A program made the translations under genes and the position numbers. The notes beneath the pieces are model-generated. The model did no database searches. It saw nothing but the letters and a program-made list of their open reading frames with translations, and had not been told where the DNA came from. Below are positions 12,901 through 23,100 of a DNA stretch of 42,528 nucleotides, piece by piece. Within the stretch, counting starts at the first letter, position 1; each line of letters opens with the position of its first letter. The stretch is from Nemertoderma westbladi (lineage: Eukaryota; Animalia; Xenacoelomorpha): assembly GCA_032718475.1 (NCBI GenBank), contig JAUCBJ010004141.1, forward strand, positions 1 to 42,528, in the 5' to 3' direction.

Positions 12901-13515
12901 CCCGATCTCCATCTCCCCTTGGGACCCCTACCCAATCCCCATCTCCCCTTGGGACCGCAACCCGATCTATGTATATTCTTGGGACCGCTACCCAATCTCC
13001 GTATCTTCTTGGGACCACTACCCAATCTCCATCTCCCCTTAGGACCCCTACCCGATCTCCATATCCCCTTGGGACCACTACCCGATCTCCGTATCTTCTT
13101 GGGACTTCTACCCGATCTCTGTATCTTCTTGGGAACGCTACCCGATCTCCAGCTCCCCTTGGGACCCCTACCAGATCTCCATCTCCCCTTGGGACCGCTA
13201 CCCGATCTCCCTATCTTCTTGGGACCGCTACCCGATCTCCGTATCTTCTTGGGACCCCTACCCGATCTCCATCTCCCCTTGGGTTCGCTACCCGATCTCT
13301 GTATCTTCTTGGGACCGCTACCCAATCTCCGTATCTTCTTGGGACCCCTACCCAATCTCCATCTCCCCTTGGGACCGCTACCCGATCTCTGTATCTTCTT
13401 GGGATCGCTACCCGATCTCAATCTCCCCTTGGGACCCCTACCCGATCTCCATCTCCCGTATGGACCCCTACCCGATCTCAATCTCCCATTGGGACCGCTA
13501 CCCGATCTCCATATC
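3987..13515. repeat. About 9.5-kb minisatellite, 29-30-bp unit (CTTGGGACC[C/G/A]CTACCCGATCTCCATCTCCC and variant ...CTCCGTATCTT), roughly 320 copies
   Basis: Continuous tandem array, C-rich on + and G-rich on -. It is the source of all LGPLPDLHLP, WDPYPISISP and GRWRSGRGPK ORFs. Confidence 0.98.
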
Positions 13516-13652
13516 AACAGCTATCCAGCCAACATCATGTTTTTCTGAAAAAGCAACTACTTCGTCAAAGAAAAGGTCGATACAAATTATTAATTTAACT
13601 TTTGACCGTTGGTTTTGATATTTTAAAATACTTAAAATTAATTACTGGTTCT

Positions 13653-13819
13653 CATAGAGGTAGCTTCCAGCCATTATAGTCTACGTACAGCATAGAGGTA
13701 GCTGTCAGCCATTATAGTCTACGTACAGCATAGAGGTAGCTGTCTACTATTATAGTCTACGTACAGCATAGAAGTAGCTGTCTGCTATTATAGTCTACTT
13801 GCAGCATAGAGGTAGCTGT
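13653..13819. repeat. 38-bp tandem repeat, about 4.4 copies (CATAGAGGTAGCTGTCAGCCATTATAGTCTACGTACAG)
   Basis: CATAGA(G/A)GTAGCT recurs at 13653, 13691, 13729, 13767 and 13805. Confidence 0.92.
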
Positions 13820-14234
13820 TCTAGGACTCAGATATGTTGACTGTTGCCATAATGTAACCTAATTACGTACATCGTTGTACAGTATGAAAATGGCACTATT
13901 CAGCGTTAGAGATCAGGTTTATTTATCATTTTTCTCCCTTGTTGCGCTCGTTCGTTACATAAATATACTCAAGTCATAGCGCTGTAAAGTGTTACTTTTC
14001 ATAATGGTGTAAAAATAGCTAAGTTTTGGTGAGAAACCAGTGATATTATAACTTTTGGATCTTTGGCTGTCTGACATTATTACAAATATTTGTCGTTCAA
14101 TATGCTATCGAATGGAATTGATATTGTAATATTGTTCATTTACTTTTATTGAACTATAACGTAATTAATATTGAAGTCTGGTACTAATTTTATTGACAAG
14201 CATTGTGCATTATTTTTATAAAGGATATTGCCAT

Positions 14235-14383
14235 ATGTGGCCAATTTACACATCAAAGCTGTCGTGATCAGCTGTAATTACTATCTGTGATTGGCTGATT
14301 TAGTTTACAGCTGATTGTGATGGCATTATTAACTGATGGCTTGGTAGGTATTATGTGCAACAGTTAGACAGTTCATTGTAAGT
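14235..14383 (+). promoter_or_regulatory. Putative CPEB1 promoter and non-coding first exon
   Basis: Reverse NF-Y/CCAAT box TGATTGGCTG at 14288-14297 and another CCAAT near 14240. A consensus donor GTAAGT at 14378 could splice to the AG at 14557-14558, just upstream of the ATG. Motif inference only. Confidence 0.4.
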
Positions 14384-14576
14384 GGTTAGAATTGTTACCT
14401 ATTTGACTTGTTTTACATAATTTGGTAAATTTATATTGATAATTGTTTATGTGTTTGTAATTAACAAGCTTCTGTGGGATGTTACCATATATTTTATGTA
14501 ATACTTTGTAACTTAATTTATCTCATTTCCTTATTCGTTTTTAAATCATATTGGATAGGCCAGTCTGCCTGTCAGA

Positions 14577-14591
14577 ATGTCAGACGTTCTG
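14577..14591 (+). CDS. CPEB1: CPEB1 coding exon 1 (MSDVL)
   Basis: ATG TCA GAC GTT CTG followed by a consensus GTAAGT donor. Phase 0 fits the next exon. Very short, with no homology support. Confidence 0.6.
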
Positions 14592-15098
14592 GTAAGTGAC
14601 ATAGAATGAACACTATTTACTGTACCGGTATTTTGTATAATAATTATGGGTCTAGTTAGGGAGTTCTGTATGTCTGACCTTCTGCCTTCTTACCAGAATA
14701 GGAAAGTAAACGTCTGATTATCTAAATAATTTCATCGAGACACGTGGAGCTTTTCAGAATTAATTAATACATTGAGCTAGATTAGGTGCCCCGTGCCGTG
14801 ATTCAGACTTTAACATTATTTTCCTTCCGCCTATTTAATTTTATACACGTAGGGTAGGCCGAAATTCCCTCTTTGGTCATTTTTGTCATGTAAATTATTT
14901 GTAAAAATAAGTGTTTTTTTTTATTATATTTAGGCCTATAACGATAGACAGATATATGATCTGATCCAAAATATTTTTTGTTGCAAATAAATTATATATC
15001 CTAACTAAATAAAAGGCCTGGCAATAGTATTGCCTTGTTTGGTCCTGTCATATTTAATCAATCATTGGATATTAACACTATGTTGTATATTTTTTTAG

Positions 15099-15254
15099 CG
15101 CCCTGACGATGTTTGCCATAACTCCACTGAGTTGAAGTCACATTCTATGGTACCGAATAACTTAAACCCCGATGCCAGCCATTATTACCCCATTGGGTCA
15201 GCACCCCAACCCTACCTTATACACCCCCACATGTCTCAACCGGGCATTCCTCAG
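15099..15254 (+). CDS. CPEB1: CPEB1 coding exon 2 (RPDDVCHN...NNLNPDASHYYP...PGIPQ)
   Basis: Acceptor ATTTTTTTTAG-like poly-T/AG, donor CAG|GTAAGA, 156 nt open in phase 0-0. Confidence 0.75.
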
Positions 15255-15312
15255 GTAAGACATTAGGGATTGAACTCTTTTTGACCTCTTAAACATATCG
15301 GTGCATGTAGAA

Positions 15313-15341
15313 CCCCCCCCCCCCCCCCCCCCCACCCCCCC
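15313..15341. repeat. poly-C run (C21-A-C7)
   Basis: Directly visible just before the 46-bp array. Confidence 0.9.
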
Positions 15342-15371
15342 GGCATTCTACACTACCATAGATACCCATTA

Positions 15372-17668
15372 CCCATATATCCTCCCCCATGGCAACGTTA
15401 TCTAAATTCTGTATTTATCCATATATCCTCCCCCATGGCAACGTTATCTAAATTCTGTATTTATCCATATATCCTCCCACATGGCAACGTTATCTAAATT
15501 CTGTATTTATCCATATATCCTCCCCCAGGGCAACGTTATCTAAATTCTGTATTTATCCATATATCCTCCCCCATGGCAACGTTATCTAAATTCTGTATTT
15601 ATCCATATATCCTCCCCCATGGCAACGTTATCTAAATTCTGTATTTATCCATATATCCTCCCACATGGCAACGTTATCTAAATTCTGTATTTATCCATAT
15701 ATCCTCCCCCATGGCAACGTATCTAAATTCTGTATTTATCCATATATCCTCCCCCATGGCAACGTTATCTAAATTCTGTATTTATCCATATATCCTCCCC
15801 CATGGCAACGTTATCTAAATTCTGTATTTATCCATATATCCTCCCCCAGGGCAACGTTATCTAAATTCTGTATTTATCCATATATCCTCCCACATGGCAA
15901 CGTTATCTAAATTCTGTATTTATCCATATATCCTCCCCCATGGCAACGTTATCTAAATTCTGTATTTATCCATATATCCTCCCCCATGGCAACGTTATCT
16001 AAATTCTGTATTTATCCATATATCCTCCCCCATGGCAACGTTATCTAAATTCTGTATTTATCCATATATCCTCCCCCATGGCAACGTTATCTAAATTCTG
16101 TATTTATCCATATATCCTCCCCCATGGCAACGTTATCTAAATTCTGTATTTATCCATATATCCTCCCCCATGGCAACGTTATCTAAATTCTGTATTTATC
16201 CATATATCCTCCCCCATGGCAACGTTATCTAAATTCTGTATTTATCCATATATCCTCCCCCATGGCAACGTTATCTAAATTCTGTATTTATCCATATATC
16301 CTCCCCCATGGCAACGTTATCTAAATTCTGTATTTATCCATATATCCTCCCCCAGGGCAACGTTATCTAAATTCTGTATTTATCCATATATCCTCCCCCA
16401 TGGCAACGTTATCTAAATTCTGTATTTATCCATATATCCTCCCCCATGGCAACGTTATCTAAATTCTGTATTTATCCATATATCCTCCCCCAGGGCAACG
16501 TTATCTAAATTCTGTATTTATCCATATATCCTCCCCCATGGCAACGTTATCTAAATTCTGTATTTATCCATATATCCTCCCCCAGGGCAACGTTATCTAA
16601 ATTCTGTATTTATCCATATATCCTCCCCCAGGGCAACGTTATCTAAATTCTGTATTTATCCATATATCCTCCCCCAGGGCAACGTTATCTAAATTCTGTA
16701 TTTATCCATATATCCTCCCCCATGGCAACGTTATCTAAATTCTGTATTTATCCATATATCCTCCCCCAGGGCAACGTTATCTAAATTCTGTATTTATCCA
16801 TATATCCTCCCCCATGGCAACGTTATCTAAATTCTGTATTTATCCATATATCCTCCCACATGGCAACGTTATCTAAATTCTGTATTTATCCATATATCCT
16901 CCCCCATGGCAACGTTATCTAAATTCTGTATTTATCCATATATCCTCCCACATGGCAACGTATCTAAATTCTGTATTTATCCATATATCCTCCCCCAGGG
17001 CAACGTTATCTAAATTCTGTATTTATCCATATATCCTCCCCCAGGGCAACGTTATCTAAATTCTGTATTTATCCATATATCCTCCCCCATGGCAACGTAT
17101 CTAAATTCTGTATTTATCCATATATCCTCCCCCAGGGCAACGTTATCTAAATTCTGTATTTATCCATATATCCTCCCCCATGGCAACGTATCTAAATTCT
17201 GTATTTATCCATATATCCTCCCCCAGGGCAACGTTATCTAAATTCTGTATTTATCCATATATCCTCCCCCAGGGCAACGTTATCTAAATTCTGTATTTAT
17301 CCATATATCCTCCCCCATGGCAACGTTATCTAAATTCTGTATTTATCCATATATCCTCCCCCAGGGCAACGTTATCTAAATTCTGTATTTATCCATATAT
17401 CCTCCCCCATGGCAACGTTATCTAAATTCTGTATTTATCCATATATCCTCCCCCAGGGCAACGTTATCTAAATTCTGTATTTATCCATATATCCTCCCCC
17501 AGGGCAACGTTATCTAAATTCTGTATTTATCCATATATCCTCCCCCAGGGCAACGTTATCTAAATTCTGTATTTATCCATATATCCTCCCCCAGGGCAAC
17601 GTTATCTAGGCCTAAATTCTGTATTTATCCATATATCCTCCCCCAGGGCAATGTTATTAAGTTCTGTA
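15372..17668. repeat. Highly homogeneous 46-bp minisatellite, about 50 copies, in CPEB1 intron 2 (CCATATATCCTCCCCCA[T/G]GGCAACGTTATCTAAATTCTGTATTTAT)
   Basis: Period of 46 measured between 15381 and 15427; very few variant positions. Confidence 0.98.
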
Positions 17669-17863
17669 TTTTCATTATTTTTATCGTTTATTTCTTTTTA
17701 TTGTTTTAGTTTCCCCAATCCACCTACCTCTGTGTGAATTGATTCTTTACCAACATGGTACCGGTAGGTACCGCGCCTTTAATCAGATAAGCTAGGTCTT
17801 GGCGACAGCTTTGGCGTACACCTTGTAATCCTCCAATAATATTCTGTCGTTATTATATCTCAG

Positions 17864-18059
17864 CTGACCTGCGGAGAACTGCTACCCAACGTGTCTCAAG
17901 GATTACTGTGTCAGGTTGAGAAAGCCTTGGAGACCTTACAGAAACGGGGTTACAACGTTAAACCGCCGATCAGTTACTGGCAGCATTGGGCCCCATCCAA
18001 TGGGGCTGTAGCACACCCTGAGTTGCAGACTGTCTCCAACCCCGTTGACTTACTAGCAG
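17864..18059 (+). CDS. CPEB1: CPEB1 coding exon 3 (LTCGELLP...NPVDLLA)
   Basis: Acceptor TATTATATCTCAG, donor CAG|GTGAGT, 196 nt open, phase 0-1. Confidence 0.8.
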
Positions 18060-18119
18060 GTGAGTAGAATTTAATTATAATTTTTTTTAACGTTACGTTT
18101 TTTAATGCCCTGGTAGCTA

Positions 18120-19920
18120 TGCTATATTGGATAAAAGGCCGTGCAACGTTCAATAAAAACATCGGATCAATAAGGTCGTAATATAATGTAGCACCAAATT
18201 TACTGTACAAAACGCGTAGAGGAACAGTGTGTGAATGGTTGTCAGCTTGGAGATGATATGCAGGGTAGTCCATGTGGTTATGGTAGCTCTTGTCGGTGAA
18301 GTGGTAGTCAGACCATCGTGGTTTCGGTGATTTCCGGCGAGACTTAGTTGACAGTGAAATATTCTAGTATGCGGTCATGTTTTTGATGAAAGGGGATCGA
18401 TCTAATTTTGTACCAGTTTTCTATAAAGTTGATAGCATCGCTGTCGCGGAATCAATCTCGAAATAAGCATTGATTTGCTGTAGTCGTAATTCAGCAGTGA
18501 TGCGATGTGTGGCATGGGGAAGAGTGACCTGCATTCCTTGTACGTTCCGCCGAGTCCGTTGTAATTTGCGTTACAGTTTAGTGGGATGTGGGTTCGGATT
18601 GTGGTCTGGATGGAGTCTTTAGGACATTTGGTGGAACGCATGATACTCCCGATGCAGGCGTGAAACGGGTCCATAGAGATGGATCTACAGTGCAGGAGGC
18701 CGTAAATTACCTCGTTACTTGCGTAACGCCCTAGATGCATTAACCCCCTTAAGGATTTGCAATAATTTGAGTCTAGTTTCAGTGTCTGGTCGGTTGTGAG
18801 GGCTCCTACCAGGAATTTGGTTTTATATAAGATTATGGGGATGCCGATTATTCACCAGAGGTAGCCCAAAGTATGAGTTGGGAGCCAGCGTGTCGTCCAG
18901 CCCAGCTTATGAAATGCCTCAGCGACAGTGGCAATGGTTTGGGTGCATTCGTTGTGGAATTTATTGGTAGGGAGGTTGATTTTCCATCCTAGAAATGTCA
19001 GTACTTGAGTGCGTGGGTTTAGGTTGCCGTGCAGGTGTATAAAGGTTGGTATGTGGGACCTGTTATTATTCAGGCTCAGGACAGATGTCCATTTCGTTTT
19101 GCTTGATTCAATGTCCAGGTGTTGTTGCTCAGCGTTGCTCTGATCGTGTCCACTAAGTTCTCGATCTCTGCGGTGAATTTGCCAAAGATGAAGTCGTCGG
19201 CGTATGCCATGACACCAAGCCAGGTGTTATCTGTGTTTGGTTCAGACCCCTTGTTTTTGAGTGAGTTGAGTACATCGCTGGCGTACAGGATGAAAAGGGA
19301 TGGGGCCCTTGTTTTAGGCCCGTAGTGAGGGTTTTGCCTGTGGCGTCTATCTTGGTCCCAAACTTTAAAAATGCAATGGTGAAGCGGTAGGTTGCCAACC
19401 AACAGTGCTAGTAAGATGTGTGGATTAAGATGATCTTTCAGTTTTTGGAATAGGGTGAAGTAATCGATGCTGTCAAAGGCAGATTTGATGTCCAGTTGAC
19501 ATAGTTAAGTTGTATGGCCATTCCGACGGCGATGCTCGAGGTGTTCGAGTAAGGTGCTGATGATTAGGTCGGATCCTATCTTGGGTTGGTAGGCAAACTG
19601 GGACTGTGGTGTAAAGTCTGCAGGGGAGAAATACTTCCTAAGTATGATGGACTCCATTATCTTTGGGAATACTGAAACTGTGGCGATGGGCCGGTATGAT
19701 GCGGCAACCAGTGGATCACGCTGTTAACCTTTAAATGCGCTTGTTATTATTGTTTCCCCAAAGAATGCAGGAACGTTTCCAGAATGTTCTAGAATATTAG
19801 GCAAGCCTCACCTACGGGAATGTGAGGGGGATATACTCCCGAGGTTGTGTCTCATTTTCGAACCATTTTCTTTGCTGGTGGTGTGGTTATCCGAAATTAT
19901 ACTGTTATTCATGTTGAAGT
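18120..19920 (-). mobile_element. 5'-truncated, decayed non-LTR retrotransposon (RT and C-terminal region; possibly RTE-X-like)
   Basis: The minus strand gives YRPIATVSVFPKIMESII, QFAYQPKIGS, LDIKSAFDSI, GLKQG, PSLFILY and MAYADD (YADD at 19204-19193), with in-frame stops and frameshifts. Ends and clade are uncertain. Confidence 0.88.
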
Positions 19921-20010
19921 TATTTAAACGTATTTTGCATAGTAACTGTTACCGCTCTACCGTTCCTCTTCCATCCACCACATAATAATGCCATCTACTG
20001 ATATCTTTAG

Positions 20011-20129
20011 GTGCTCTTCAAACTTTATCGGTAAACCAATCCAACTCAAGGAAACGCTCATCCGATAGTTCGGGAATTCACAGCGGTTCTCCGTACAGCC
20101 CCCAATCAGACTCTGGTGGCGAACTGTGG
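20011..20129 (+). CDS. CPEB1: CPEB1 coding exon 4 (GALQTLSV...RKRSSDSSGIHSGSPYSP...ELW), PEST/degron region
   Basis: Acceptor ATATCTTTAG, donor TGG|GTGAGT, phase 1-0 exactly bridging exons 3 and 5. Carries NES-like and degron-like motifs of the kind known in CPEB1. Confidence 0.85.
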
Positions 20130-20166
20130 GTGAGTTATTTGTAATAGTAAACAATTACAAACAAGT

Positions 20167-23100
20167 CCTGGGTGAACTCATTGTGGGTACCTGGGTGGTT
20201 TCATGGTGTATGGGTTGCGAGACGAGTACCTGGGGTGAACTCATGGTGTATGGGACGGGTACCTGGGTGAACTCGTGGTGTATGGGTGGGGAGACGGGTA
20301 CCTGGGTGAACTCATGGTGAATGGGTGGGGAGACCGGTACCTGGGTGAACTCATGGTGTATGGGTGGGGAGACGGGTACCTGGGTGAACTCATGGTGAAT
20401 GGGTGGGGAGACGGGTACCTGGGTGAACTCATTGTGTATGGGTGGGGAGACGGGTACCTGGGTGAACTCATGGTGAATGGGTGGGGAGACGGGTACCTGG
20501 GTGAACTCATGGTGTATGGGTGGGGAGACGGGTACCTGGGTGAACTCATGGTGAATGGGTGGGGAGACCGGTACCTGGGTGAACTCATGGTGTATGGGTG
20601 GGGAGACGGGTACCTGGGTGAACTCATGGTGAATGGGTGGGGAGACGGGTACCTGGGTGAACTCATTGTGTATGGGTGGGGAGACGGGTACCTGGGTGAA
20701 CTCATGGTGAATGGGTGGGGAGACGGGTACCTGGGTGAACTCATTGTGTATGGGTGGGGAGACGGGTACCTGGGTGAACTCATGGTGAATGGGTGGGGAG
20801 ACGGGTACCTGGGTGAACTCATGGTGTATGGGTGGGGAGACGGGTACCTGGGTGAACTCATGGTGTATGGGTGGGGAGACGGGTACCTGGGTGAACTCAT
20901 GGTGAATGGGTGGGGAGACCGGTACCTGGGTGAACTCATGGTGTATGGGTGGGGAGACGGGTACCTGGGTGAACTCATGGTGAATGGGTGGGGAGACGGG
21001 TACCTGGGTGAACTCATTGTGTATGGGTGGGGAGACGGGTACCTGGGTGAACTCATGGTGAATGGGTGGGGAGACGGGTACCTGGGTGAACTCATTGTGT
21101 ATGGGTGGGGAGACGGGTACCTGGGTGAACTCATGGTGAATGGGTGGGGAGACGGGTACCTGGGTGAACTCATGGTGTATGGGTGGGGAGACCGGTACCT
21201 GGGTGAACTCGTGTATGGGTGGGGAGACGGGTACCTGGGTGAACTCATGGTGAATGGGTGGGGAGACCGGTACCTGGGTGAACTCACGGTGAATGGGTGG
21301 GGAGACGGGTACCTGGGTGAACTCATTGTGTATGGGTGGGGAGACGGGTACCTGGGTGAACTCATGGTGAATGGGTGGGGAGACCGGTACCTGGGTGAAC
21401 TCATGGTGTATGGGTGGGGAGACGGGTACCTGGGTGAACTCATGGTGAATGGGTGGGGAGACCGGTACCTGGGTGAACTCGTGGTGTATGGGTGGGGAGA
21501 CGGGTACCTGGGTGAACTCATTGTGTATGGGTGGGGAGACGGGTACCTGGGTGAACTCGTGGTGTATGGGTGGGGAGACGGGTACCTGGGTGAACTCATT
21601 GTGTATGGGTGGGGAGACGGGTACCTGGGTGAACTCAGGGTGTATGGGTGGGGAGACCGGTACCTGGGTGAACTCATGGTGTATGGGACCGGTACCTGGG
21701 TGAACTCATGGTGAATGGGTGGGGAGACCGGTACCTGGGTGAACTCATTGTGTATGGGTGAGGAGACGGGTACCTGGGTGAACTCATGGTGAACGCGTGG
21801 GGAGACGGGTACCTGGGTGAACTCATGGTGTATGGGTGGGGAGACGGGTACCTTGGTGAACTCATTGTGTATGGGTGGGGAGACGGGTACCTGGGTGAAC
21901 TCCGGTCCCTTGTTGAACTCCGGTACCTGGGTGAACTCATTGTGTATGGGACGGGTACCTGGGTGAACTCATGGTGTATGGGACGGGTACCTGGGTGAAC
22001 TCGTGGTGTATGGGTGGGGAGACGGGTACCTGGGTGAACTCATGGTGAATGGGTGGGGAGACCGGTACCTGGGTGAACTCATGGTGTATGGGTGGGGAGA
22101 CGGGTACCTGGGTGAACTCATGGTGTATGGGTGGGGAGACGGGTACCTGGGTGAACTCATGGTGAATGGGTGGGGAGACCGGTACCTGGGTGAACTCATG
22201 GTGTATGGGTGGGGAGACGGGTACCTGGGTGAACTCATGGTGAATGGGTGGGGAGACGGGTACCTGGGTGAACTCATTGTGTATGGGTGGGGAGACGGGT
22301 ACCTGGGTGAACTCATGGTGAATGGGTGGGGAGACGGGTACCTGGGTGAACTCGTTGTGTATGGGTGGGGAGACGGGTACCTGGGTGAACTCATGGTGAA
22401 TGGGTGGGGAGACGGGTACCTGGGTGAACTCATGGTGTATGGGTGGGGAGACCGGTACCTGGGTGAACTCGTGTATGGGTGGGGAGACGGGTACCTGGGT
22501 GAACTCATGGTGAATGGGTGGGGAGACCGGTACCTGGGTGAACTCACGGTGAATGGGTGGGGAGACGGGTACCTGGGTGAACTCATTGTGTATGGGTGGG
22601 GAGACGGGTACCTGGGTGAACTCATGGTGTATGGGTGGGGAGACGGGTACCTGGGTGAACTCATGGTGAATGGGTGGGGAGACCGGTACCTGGGTGAACT
22701 CGTGGTGTATGGGTGGGGAGACGGGTACCTGGGTGAACTCATTGTGTATGGGTGGGGAGACGGGTACCTGGGTGAACTCGTGGTGTATGGGTGGGGAGAC
22801 GGGTACCTGGGTGAACTCATTGTGTATGGGTGGGGAGACGGGTACCTGGGTGAACTCAGGGTGTATGGGTGGGGAGACCGGTACCTGGGTGAACTCATGG
22901 TGTATGGGACCGGTACCTGGGTGAACTCATGGTGAATGGGTGGGGAGACCGGTACCTGGGTGAACTCATTGTGTATGGGTGAGGAGACGGGTACCTGGGT
23001 GAACTCATGGTGAACGCGTGGGGAGACGGGTACCTGGGTGAACTCATGGTGTATGGGTGGGGAGACGGGTACCTTGGTGAACTCATTGTGTATGGGTGGG

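Noticed and set aside
3947-13598. Long ORFs of up to 633 aa (LGPLPDLHLP, WDPYPISISP, GRWRSGRGPK), superficially LRR-like or collagen-like
   Set aside because: They are by-products of a 30-bp unit that lacks stops in several frames on both strands. Frequent 29-bp units shift the frame freely, so there is no sign of coding constraint.
15372-17668. CRISPR-like regular repeats (also the other arrays)
   Set aside because: The units are head-to-tail with no unique spacers, there are no cas genes, and the context is a eukaryotic intron.
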